Assembly: GCF_009914755.1 (NCBI RefSeq)
Contig: NC_060938.1
Reading direction: 5' to 3' (one strand)
Source of the DNA: the human T2T-CHM13v2.0 reference genome, Homo sapiens
DNA length: 64,000 nucleotides
Shown: positions 39,049-52,313 of the stretch, one piece after another
Position numbering within the stretch: position 1 is the first letter of the stretch
How the letters are laid out: every line of letters starts with the position of its first letter
Translations under genes and position numbers: made by a program
The notes under the pieces: generated by a model
What the model was told of the DNA's origin: nothing
The model's input: the letters and a program-made list of their open reading frames with translations, nothing else
The model's database searches: none

Positions 39049-39713
39049 AGTGAGTTCTCTGTGTTCAGTCCTGATTACCAAATGGAAACCCCTGGGAATC
39101 CCAGGGCTGTGGCTCTTCTCCCAGAGCTGCAGGGTCAGGTCTGGGCTTGTTTTCACCAGGAGAGGGGCCCTCCCTCCTCCTCTATAGCAAGCTCCAGTGT
39201 GGGATGCCTGAGAAGAAGGCAGTGCCCAAAGCAGACGTCAGACTCCAGGAGGAGTTTAGTGGCAATGGTAGCATTTGGAAAAATATTACTTATAATGTGA
39301 CTGTGCCATAAAACTCATTTAGCAATTATGATTTTTGTTTTTACACATGTGTACAAATACAAATATAACTGCATTAAGCAAACTGTAAGAGATATAAAGA
39401 AATAGAAAACAATACAAAAATAACACAAGACCTTAATACCTCATGACCATAATGTATAGCAAATCCGGAAAGAAAATTCCTAATGTGCCTCTGAACTTGA
39501 ACAACACTATTGAACAAATTTATCTGAATGATATTTACAGAACCTTCCAACCAAGAGTCACGTAATACACATCCTTCTCAAGAACACATTGAACATTCTC
39601 CATGATGGGTTATATGTCACATCATAAAATGAACCTTAACATTTAAAGAAGTAATGCCAGCCCTTCTGTAACTCTTTCAAAAATTGGTGAGGAGTCCACC
39701 TTCCAAACTCTTT

Positions 39714-40568
<855 letters not shown>

Positions 40569-42393
40569 CTTCTAAACTCTTTCTATGAGGCTACCATGAT
40601 AGTATTACCAGTAATAGACAAAGGCACCACAATAAAAGAAAACTACAGACCAATATCATTAGTAGACATGAATTAATCCCCAACAATAGTAAACTAAGCT
40701 CCAAAGTGTTTTAGAAGACATACACCATGACCAACTCAAATTTCTTCCTGAGATGCATACTTGATTCAACATTCTCAAATCAACCAATTTGGTACACCAC
40801 ATTAAAAAACTAAAGAAAAAATACCTCAGTAACATTTCATCAGACACAGAAAAAGACTTTGAAAAAAATCAGTTTCATTATAAAAACTATGAACAAAGTA
40901 GGAAGACAAGAAAACAACTTGAACATAATAAAAGCCGTTAAGAAAGGCCACAGCTATTATTACACTCAATAGTAAAAGGTTAGAATATTTTGGTCCAATA
41001 TCTGTAACAAGGCAAGAAGAAAGCTTTAGGCATTTCACTTCCAGGCCTTAACATTTGTTAAAAACATAGAAAGTTTTGGCATAAATACCTATACAGAGCT
41101 TAGATATAAACCCACATATTGATGACGAGCTGATTTTTAGCATGAGAACCATCAATATAACATGGCTAAATTGTAGTGTCTTCCAAAGAGGGTGGTATGA
41201 AAACTGGATTTTCCCATGAAAAGAATTAAGAATTTTAGGTTAGAATAAACACAAAAATTCACTCCAAATGCCTCAAATATCTAACTTTAATACCTGTAAT
41301 TGTAAAACTCTCAACCCTCAAAAAATTAGCAATCTTTTTCTGGATTTTACATTCAAATCACCTACAAAAAAAAAGCAGAATTGAACAAGTGGGAATAGAT
41401 TATGAAAAAGATTCTGCAAAGCAACCAAGTAACTACAACTTACAGAATTGGATAATATGCCATATATCTCAAAAAGTTTTAATGTCCAAATGGAAAAGAA
41501 ACTTCTACAACTCAACAGCAAAAAGAAAAATAGCCTCATTTTTAATAATCAGTTTTACACCTTTAACACTGTAAGAACCTAGAACTCAGGTTAATGTTTT
41601 TCTCCATGGGCAACGGTCCGTCTTTGGGTCTACTTAGCTGGACAATACTGTGTATTGATTTGACAAAACACTAATCCAGGTGGTGGTGTGAATTTTTAAC
41701 AGACGTTATTGAAACTGGAATCGGTTGACTCTATGTTAGGTAGATTATCATTGATAACCTGCTTGGCCCTGATTCCATCAGAGCAGAACTGGAGAAGGTA
41801 AAACTCCACGGTGATTAAGCAGCTTCAGCTCTTTCTGAGACTTCCAGCCTGCACTTACTGATGGCCGGCCCTGAGGATATTGGATGTTCCAGCCATCTCC
41901 CAAAATTGTCATCCCCTGCATCTCACAGGGAAAACATCTTCCTTTTGCAAAAAGCAGGAAAAACAAATGGAAAAAGGAGAAAAACGACGAAAAAATAAAG
42001 TAAATGGATTAGGAACAAAAGAAGCACCAGATCGGTGCTGATACTGATTTGCATACTTTCGTGTCAGGAGAAGGATCAGACGTGAAATCTGTGAGGTTCT
42101 ACATGACGCTGACCCTGGTTCAGCCTCTCTATTGTCTGTGACCAGGATCCATAAAGACTGTTCCAGTCAGGGAATCTCACGGAGGTCCCTGTCCTGGGTC
42201 TGATTGGAGAAGACTCACCAGGAAGCCCTGAGGTTACTCAGGACTCTGATCCTTGTGACCATGGTTGAGGAATTTTCATCCGTGTCAGCGTCAATCTGCA
42301 TTTTGTGCCAGGGAGAAAAGGTCCTCATATGCATAGAGAAGACATTGTTAGGCACAGTTTTCTAAATTTAAGAGGTTCCCTGGGGAACTGTCA

Positions 42394-43013
<620 letters not shown>

Positions 43014-43138
43014 GGTGAGTCCTCTGTGTTCAGTGCTGATCACCGAATGGAAACACCGCCGACTTCTAGTGCTGGGCTCCTCTCCCAGAGCTGCAGGGTC
43101 AGGGCTGGGCTGGTTTTCATCAGTAGAGGGAGGGCCCT

Positions 43139-43146
43139 ATTTGCAT
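43139..43146 (-). promoter_or_regulatory. Octamer of IGHV3-30
   Basis: ATGCAAAT. Confidence 0.9.
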
Positions 43147-44479
43147 GTCCCCCACTATATAGCAAGCTCTGGGTGGGACATCTGAGGAGAGGCTGGGCTC
43201 AGGGCAGATGAAGTGTCCTGGGGGAGACTGGTAGTAATTCCATCATTCAGGAAAATATAGTTATATCTTATATGCTTGTGCCTTGATTAACACTTAGCTC
43301 TCATAACTTTCTTTTATTCTTACATATTTACACAATATATTTAATGCAGGCTTCAATGTTATATTTTACAGGAGATAATTTACATAGAGAACACAGCAGT
43401 TGTGCAGTGTGTCTAAGATAACACATCTAAAAATTTAGTCCTATTACCTGGGCCTGTGCTCTAACCTCTGGAGGAGGCAGCTCCCCTGAGACAACTCCAG
43501 GGCAGCATGGCCCATGCCTAGTGAAGTCTGCAGGATTCCCCATCTGTTATGACAACTTTCTGTTATTTACCTAAATACGCAGAGTGAACCACGGTTCATG
43601 TGTATGTTTTTGGAAGTCAGTTATATTCCTTGTGTTAATATCGATCTATTTATTGCTGCAATTCAGTCAAATATTATCTCATCAGTTTCTTTATTGCTTT
43701 ATTCGAGTGTAATTAATAAATAATTCAAATTTATGGTGAATGATTTGAAAAATGTAGACCTATGTTTGCAACCATTTACTCAGCACTTCAATCAAGGTTT
43801 GAATAAATTAATCCCTAAATCTTTCTCTTATTCCTCTGAAATTTAACTCACATCCCCATTACTCCCAATAGCATATTCTCAGAAACATTTAAATCTTCTC
43901 CATGTTAATTTATAATAGTGGCATCTTCTAAAATTTCTACAAATGTATCATATAAAATTTACTCTTCATTCCTTAGTTTCTTTCACTCAGCACAATTCTT
44001 TGAGAATTTAGCCATGTTTTTTTCAATGAGTGAGGCATGACTTGATTTCAAGCTGCATTAGATTCCAGCACAGAAATATATGCCAAACTATTTAACTGTT
44101 CACCTGTAACGAAATGTGATTGTTCTCTCAGTTAATGGATTTGATAGAGAAAAGCAGCTACTCGGCATGGGAATGTAAAAATGTGTAAACTATGAGCTTA
44201 TTCTGACCTCATTAACAACAAAGCTGAACAACTACAAATAAAAAAAAGAAAACCTTCAACATATCTGTGTTGATGTCAGAGAGAAAACAAACAATACACA
44301 AAACCTGAAATCTGAGGAGAGAGGCGGCTGCAGAGAGAAGCAGGACCCATGTATTAGTGTACCTGGGGCAGATGCCACTGGATGGCATTTAAGATCGGAA
44401 CAGGCTGACTTGGACATATTCAGTGAGTTGCGTGAGGATGCACGTGCTCATAGTGTTAGACTGTGAAGCTCCTGGTGCT

Positions 44480-45400
44480 TGCAGGCTTTTCCTACAGAAT
44501 TATTATTAATATTCTTGCTGCACTTTATGCAAATAATCAGGCCAAGTTTAAGACTAAAGTTTATTTTGCAAACAACTCAGTCTTATCATTATTTGCTGCT
44601 GACAAAAACCAAAACTGGAAAGAGAAACATTGTATTTCAAAACATATCATACACTTGTCTTTAAATTCTAATCTCTTCAGTTGTTTAAGTATTTGCCTGC
44701 ATTTTAGACTAACTCTGCTTATTCCTGAGCGCCAATCAATGATCTCTGGCTACAGCCCAGAAGAAACAAAAAGCGATGGGGAATATAAAAAATCTGGATC
44801 AATATTTTAATTCTAAGCAATTATCCTTTAAATCATGCCAGGTGATGGGAATGAATAGGGTGCCCCTAACCTGGAGGTTTCTTTGTTTGGGAAAATAAAT
44901 CCCAGGGAGCTGACAAAAGCCAAGCCCCATGCGCCCAAACCTTAGCAGGCATAACTACAGCTGCAGTTATCTAGGAATGTCAGCAGCCTTGGAATTTTCT
45001 TTCAAGCTGTCCTTGCCACCTTGTTTGGTTTTCATACATGTCTTCTAATAACCAGATTTGCCTCTTCTCATTTTCAGACCATCAAACTCCAAATGGTCAT
45101 GCAACTGAAGCCTGGGATAATGGCTCCCTTTTCCTGGGGTCCCTTAGACCTCCAAGAGAGATCTTCCCCAAACAGCATCCCTCCTCAGCTGGAAGCAGTT
45201 AAGACTTGTCTTTGTCTCTATTCTAATGACAGTTAGATGTACTTCTTCAAAGAGGAAAATGCTAGAGGTAGAAGGCAGAGAACTCTCCTAGGCAGGTAGG
45301 GAAGAGTCCCCATAGAATCTCCAACGCCCCAGGGTCATAGTGCACAGGGAGTTGCCTAGACATGCCTGCAGTGAAAATTGTTAATGTTGTCTTTATCACT
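44480..45400 (+). mobile_element. Probable ERV internal/env-end fragment
   Basis: Absent from the paralogous region upstream of IGHV3-30-2. ACCATCAAACTCCAAATGGTCATGCAACTG...GGTCCCTTAGAC resembles the end of an ERV1 env. Confidence 0.45.
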
Positions 45401-45475
45401 CTCGGAATAAATAGCCACACATAATAATCTAGCTGCATGAAGATAAAAATTAACTAGTTTGAAATTAGAACAATT

Positions 45476-45942
45476 CCCTATTCACAATAGCAAAGACTTG
45501 GAACCAACCCAAATGTCCAACAATGATACACTGGATTAAGAAAATGTGGCACATATGCACCATGGAATCCTATGCAGCCATAAAAAATGATGAGTTCATG
45601 TCCTTTGTAGGGACATGGATGAAGCTGGAAACCATCATTCTCAGCAAACTATCGCAAGGACAAAAAACCAAACACCACATGTTCTCAGTCCTAGGTGGGA
45701 ATTGAACAATGAGAACACATGGACACAGGAAGGGGAACATCACACACCGGGGCCTGTTGTGGGGTGAGGGGAGGGGGGAGGGATAGCATTAGGAGATATA
45801 CCTAATATTAAATGACGAGTTAATGGGTGCAGCACACCAACATGGCACATGTATACATATCTAACTAACCTGCACATTGTGCACATGTACCCTAAAACTT
45901 AAAGTTAAAAAAAAAAACAACCAGAGAAGTGGGAAAAAAAAA
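45476..45942 (+). mobile_element. 5'-truncated L1PA 3' end with a composite tail
   Basis: ORF2 end (ORF 45523), G-rich 3'UTR, TSD GAAATTAGAACAATT at 45461-45475 / 45943-45957. Confidence 0.93.
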
Positions 45943-46295
45943 GAAATTAGAACAATTACCAATAAAATCAAAGTTAGCATGTGGTTTATAATATTAATAG
46001 ACAAGAGACATGGCTGAATGCTAAGAATGTGTTCACATCTACTTTATGTCATGATCAGGAAAATATTTTATATATTCTTTAGGTAAGAGTCCCATTGAGA
46101 GGATTAACATTGATGTATAATACCTCAATAATAAAAGTAAAGGTTATTAACTAGTAATTTCTATTAAGAACACAAACTTTCATTTAGGATATATTCTTCT
46201 ATGTGTTAGGAAATCAACTCAGAAGGCAGGAAACATTGAACTTATTAGAGATGTTTAATAAATTAAAAATGAGAATTAAGTACGTATGCTTTTAG

Positions 46296-46617
<322 letters not shown>

Positions 46618-47364
46618 GGAATATTTTTAGAAACAGAGAGGGTTCTTACGTCTTCTGGAAATCCTATTGAGATGGACAACAAGGGAAGAAACCCTCAGAT
46701 GAATTTCTACCTACTAGAGGGCTGATTAATATCATTTTAAAGCAAATGCTAACACACAAAAAGCTAACATGAAGCTAAAAAAATATAGTGATTCAATACA
46801 GCAACCATTCTAGCTCAATCTAGTTTAAAATATTATCTAACCATGGAGGGCACTGTCATTGTTCACAGAAGACAGAGTCAATCCCACTCACAACCTTCTG
46901 GGAATGTTTAAAAAATGGCATCCCTACATAAAAATTATCAATTTTAATAAAATGTGAACTTCCTTGGCCAAGGGTTCTCCCACTAGCACTATGGAATCAT
47001 GGTTCACTCCTCAGGGTCCATCAGTTATTACCCTATGACTTGGTAGCTAAAAGGCCCATACGTTTATAGATTTTACACCAAGGGATCATCTTTGTTCTAT
47101 TGCATGCATGTGTTACAAAATACGGAAAGGGATTCCTATGTGATATCCACTCCAATCATGAAGAGTTAAAACTGCCTTTTTACTACATCTTTTCCGCAGT
47201 GTCTTCTGATCTTCAACAAGGAAACTGAAAGGAATATCGGCAGAAAATACTGCTCTTGAATCATATTGGAAGGAATCTTATCAGAAACTTTTAACTAACT
47301 CACTGCACAAAACAGTCAGGCAGTTAATTATTGGCTTCATGTTTTACAAGTAAAGAATCAATTC

Positions 47365-47670
47365 AGGACAGATGCAGTGGATCTTCCCTATAATCACACC
47401 ACTTTCAGAAGCAAAGTGAGGGAAATCACATGAGACCAGGAAATCGAAGCCAACCTGGGCAACATAAAGAGATGCTATTTCTATGAAAAAATATTTTAAA
47501 GAATAAGCAGGTGAGGGGTGGCATTCCCCTCTAATTCTAGATACTCAGGAGGCTGATACAGGAAGATTACGTGAGTCTGGAGGTCAAAATTACAGTGAGC
47601 TATGATCACACAACTGTACTTTAAGCTGTGGAACAGTGTGAGAGCCTGCCTCTAAAAACAAACCAAAAAG
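47365..47670 (+). mobile_element. Very diverged AluJ-like element
   Basis: GCCAACCTGGGCAACATA...CAGTGAGCTATGATCACA. Confidence 0.6.
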
Positions 47671-48433
47671 AATCAATTAAGAATTCCACACAACTGTAAA
47701 TCTACTCAAATAGGAGATGCTAAACTGAGCATCCTCATTGATTGCCTGGCATTTCTGATGTTTTTAAGCAGACGTGTGACCTAAGACCTGCAGAATAAGC
47801 TGATAGTCCTTGATTGTGAGAAGCTTCTACCCAAGACATTCGGCCAGGACCCTAATTCCCCATCCCCTCCTTCTTTCTCTCATTATTATTTCCTTATATT
47901 TCTAAAGTCATCTCATTTCTGTAGATCTGGGTCTTGTCCATCGATACTGAACCCTTATTTCTTTTTCATTATTTTTATTCTTGCTACCTAGAATAAGTTG
48001 TCACTCTATCTTTTGGTGCATGCCTGTTGATTACTTAAGGCTCACTCCTCCATCATCTCCTTTTTTGCCACACAAGGTGAATCTAGTTTGGACTCACAGG
48101 AGCTTCTTCATTCAATGGCAGTGGGAGTTTCAAACCTTATAAACCCCGATCTGTGAGTGGGAAGCCTCACTCTGCCGCCACCACTAAACCATTATAAAAA
48201 CCCTGAGCCAGTCTCCTTTCCTCTTCTTTCAAGCCATTTTAGATTTTCCTGTGAGACCTGCCCTGCACTCAGCAGACACCTACACTGTGCAGATAATACA
48301 CTTTTCCATATTCACTTGCTCTGAGCTTATGACTTCATCAGACATGACACACACACTAAATCTCAGTTGAGATCTCTTGGCTTTGCATGTTGTCAACTAC
48401 AACGGATGGTGTGAGCTTGGTGTCACTGTTTCT

Positions 48434-48576
48434 TTTTTTTTTTCACAGACGCTTCTCAAAAGAAGACATTTATGCAGCCAAAAGACACATGAAAAAATTC
48501 TCATCATCACTGGCCATCAGAGAAATGCAAATCTAAACCACAAGGAGATACCATCTCACACCAGCTAGAATGATGA
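48434..48576. mobile_element. Micro L1 insertion: poly-T plus a ~130 bp inverted internal ORF2 piece
   Basis: TSD TCACTGTTTCT at 48423-48433 / 48577-48587. Confidence 0.85.
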
Positions 48577-48639
48577 TCACTGTTTCTATCAACAGTACAC
48601 ACTGGATCCCTGAAACAACTCCAGGACACAGCTGGACAT

Positions 48640-49000
48640 GTGCTATAGATTTGTTTTGTGTCCCCACCTAAATATCATCTCAAATTCTAATCCCCACATG
48701 TCAAGGGAGGGACCAGGTGAGAGGTTATTGGATCATGAGGGCAGTTTTCCCATGTTGTTCTCATCATAGTGAGTGACTTCTCACAAGAGCTGATAGTTTA
48801 AAAGTATGTGTCACTTCCCCCTCTCTCTCCTGCTGCGCTGTGTGATGTGCCGTGCTTCGCCTTCACCTTCCACCATGATTATAAGTTTCCTGTGGCCTCC
48901 CTAGCCATGCAGCACTGTGAGTCAACTAAACCTCTTTTCTTTGTAAACTCCTCGTCTCAGGTAGTTCTTTATACCACTGTGAAAACGAACTAATATCACA
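48640..49000. mobile_element. THE1/MST-type MaLR LTR
   Basis: TGTGTCCCCACC...AATCCCCACATGTCAAGGGAGGGACCAGGTG...AAACCTCTTTTCTTTGTAAA. Confidence 0.8.
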
Positions 49001-50159
49001 TGACTGGTGGAGTTTGATAAACTTTCTTAATGACAGTTTGTAGGGGGGTTGATAGGGTTTGAAACAACCACTGGCATTGAATGAAGCAGCTCCTATGAGT
49101 CCAAACTAGATTCAGCTTGTGTGGCAAAAAAGGAGATGATGGAGGAGTGAGACTTATAATCAGTGCTAAAGGTAGTACTAATTATACTAGGTAAAATTTG
49201 GTATCAAAGCAATTAGACAGAGATAAATAAAATACATGAAAAGTCAGAAACTCCTGAATATACACATGAATGAGTGCTGAACATTTCTGTATTTTTAGAG
49301 AAATGCTAGAATACGGCAAAATAATGGCATGGGGTTAAATAAAAAAATAATAGTCTCCACACGAAGTGTTCAATTTTACAAATATGGTCATAGACATTAT
49401 CATTATCCACATAGATAACAAGTCAATTACCCTCAAAATATCCTCTTGTTCTGTAATTCCTCCTTCCTAGACCTTCCCTTCTCCTACAATATTGACAGTG
49501 AACTACTGATTTTTATGTAACTTTAGATTACTTATCAATACATCAGGTAATAAAAGTTATAGATTTATGTGTGTTGTGGGGTGGCTGTATATAAGTTTCT
49601 GTGTGAGAGAGAGAGAATGAGGGAGGAAGGAAGGCAGAAAAAGAGAGGAATCCTACATAATTGACCACAATTTATGAGGTTCTCAAGTAATTATGGGGAA
49701 TTAGTCCTTACAGACAAGGCTGATATAAGATGGAGAGGACAACTTGACACACCTAGCTATGGTTATATATTTATATCAATATCATTTTCTAATCATACAA
49801 ACACATGCATTAGAATAGAGGTAGTGGAGGGTGTCTGGTGGTGAAACATGATGGTGACACAAAACGCCTCATCCAGCTCCTTTTCACACCAGCTGCACAT
49901 GCCCTGAGGTTGAGCCTTGGACCTGCTCTTTCTGAATCGCCACAATAATCCTGAGCCCCCCGCTGTACCAAGCACCCTTTGGTGTCCTGATTTTCCCCCA
50001 TGGTTCCTGAGAGCCCCCAGCTACCTGCATGCCTCTACAATGGTCTTGAGTGCCCCTTGGTGTCCTGAGGGAGCCTGGTGTCCTGAGTAACCCTGGCTGT
50101 CCTATGCACCCCCACAGGGAGGCTTGGGTATGAGTTCACACTGTGGTTTCCTCACTGTG

Positions 50160-50480
50160 TCTTTTGCTCTAAAATACATGGCTATGTGTTTGTTCCTCAC
50201 ATAGTTCAGCTGTAAGAAGAACTACTTTTTGGACATGGATCTGGAGATGGTGACTGGACTCTTGAGAAGAGGGGAGTAATTTGTGCTCCCTCCATGACCT
50301 ATGCACCCGATCCACTCCAGTACCTCCCATGGGGGCGCTGATGGATGCAGCTCCAGAAGGAAACACTGGTTGTGATGGAGAATGCAGAGATGGCACAGGT
50401 GAGGGAGAGGTTCTGTGAAGGCTTCACCAGGCCAAGAGTGCACCGAGAAATACAGTTGTTGGCAGCCACAGGTTCTGGAG
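50160..50480 (-). pseudogene. IGHVII-30-1: Clan II VH pseudogene, likely IGHV(II)-30-1
   Basis: [22 protein letters not shown] and [31 protein letters not shown] lie in different frames. RSS CACAGTG + 23 + ACCCAAGCC (50121-50159). Confidence 0.85.
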
Positions 50481-51864
50481 AACACACTGAAATTTCCAAA
50501 TACTTACATTTCTATGAGAATAACGAGCTCACTTGTGCTCAATTAGTGAGTCTCCTAGCATAATGCAGTTGATGCTGATGTTGGATTCAGACAAATATAG
50601 GGTCACATTTTTCTCCATACTTGGAACCAAGTAATAAAGAGAAACTTATGTTAGGAGAATGGCCATTGAACTATCTCTGATCATGGTGATTTTCAGAATA
50701 GGCTTGAGATGTGATCACCTAAAGAGTGTCCTAATGCTTAACCAACAATTAGGCCTGAGCAGCAGTCACAGGCACTGGAGGTCGCCCACATGGAGAAATG
50801 TCTGACTCACTGAAGCTGCACCTGGGGGTCTCTGCAGGCTCTGAGTTGTGCAGAAACAGCTCCTCCCTTAGACTCAGACTGAGGACAATCTCTGCTCATT
50901 CTCTGGGGAAGGTGAGGGTTAGTGTGTGGAAAGAACCCAACTTACTTTGCTCAAGATCTCTGTACTTGAACAGAAACAAAGAGTAGGAGAAAAAATGATT
51001 TCGGTTTTACATAGAATAAATTATCATGAGGAAGGCAATAATATGTCTGGATCTTGCACAGAATTAAGAAACAATGAATTTGGGGTAAAGTTGAAAATTA
51101 CAATTTCTTTGCAGATTCTGTTTTTAGTTATCTATGTCATCTGCGAAAATGAAGTAAAATCAGAGTTTTTATATAAAAATTCACAAACAGCATGCTGGCC
51201 CCAAGAATGCACCTCCCATCTCTCCAGCATCAGGCCCAACAGACCAGGCAGCCAGCTGCTGCACTGCACTCTTAACACCCGCCACCTGGTGTGTGCCAAA
51301 GACACCCATCCTGGGAGCTCCTCCCAGACAGTGGCTGTGCACAGTGGAGACACTGAGGCATGGCTGCTGCTGGGAAGCATTGGACATCCCTGATGGACAA
51401 CTGTGCTCTGGGAGGCACCAATGGTCTTGCTGGACTTATCTTGGAAGACAGAGTTGTTAGGGAAGCTCCATCAAACTCCCATGCCTCTCCAGTACTAGTG
51501 GTGAGATTGACATTCTGGGGTGACAGTATCTACAGCCCCACCTGGCCTCCTGTGCATTTTTTGCTTCCATTACTTACATCTGCTTTGGGACAAATGAAAA
51601 TGTTTCCTCTTCCTATAATAAACTTTTCTAATCCAGAGATGTCAGGGGTGGCCACAGAAACATAAATGTCCAGAGGCTCCGAGGGGAACTGGTAGATGCA
51701 GAGGAAGCCACAGACCCCGAAGGAAAGCAGCCCATGATAACCATCTGTACCTGCCCTAGAGCTGCCCGTTTTCAGTGGGTCCTGAGTGCCCCTTTTAGCC
51801 CAGCCTCCTCCCTTATCATTGCAGGAAACTGTGTCTGTGTTCACACTGATGTCTTCTTACCTGG

Positions 51865-52313
51865 TGCCTCACATACAGTAACACACAGCTGTGCCCGCTG
51901 CTCTCAGACTGTTCATTAGCAAATACAGTGAGTTCTTGGCATTTTCTTTGGAGATGGTGAATTTGCTCTTCAAAGATTATGCATAACATATCTGACTTCC
52001 ATCACACTGTATATCTACTACTCACTCCAGCCCCTTCCCTGGAGCCTGGGAAACCGAGTTCCTTCAGTAGCTACTGAAGGTTAATCCAGAGTCTGCACAG
52101 GAGAGTCTCAGGGATCCCCCAGGTTGTCTTGGGTCCTCTCCGGACTCCACGAGCTGTACCTCTCACTAGACACCTGCAAACTCGTAGACATCCTGGTCAG
52201 AAACTCCCAGACATAATCCACCATTTCTCTCAAGGGTATCCACTCACGCTCAATCTCTCTAGTTCACCTTTTAAAACAGCAACAGTGAAAACCCAGCTCA
52301 GCCCAAGCTCCAT
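51865..52313 (-). pseudogene. IGHV3-30-2: IGHV3-30-2 pseudogene
   Basis: Leader MELGLSWVFTVAVLK. GAGGTACAGCTCGTGGAGTCCGGAGAGGAC from 52162. Multiple stops. RSS CCAGGTA + 23 + ACACAGTTT. Octamer intact at 52440-52447. Confidence 0.85.

Noticed and set aside
50139-50145. Second perfect heptamer inside the II-30-1 spacer as a hidden 12-RSS
   Set aside because: Only 9 nt from the already degenerate nonamer, and no nonamer at 12 nt
51340-51380. Plus-strand CACAGTG conserved in three paralogs (also ~38065 and ~63096) as an inverted RSS
   Set aside because: No nonamer at 12 or 23 nt; recurrence is explained by duplication
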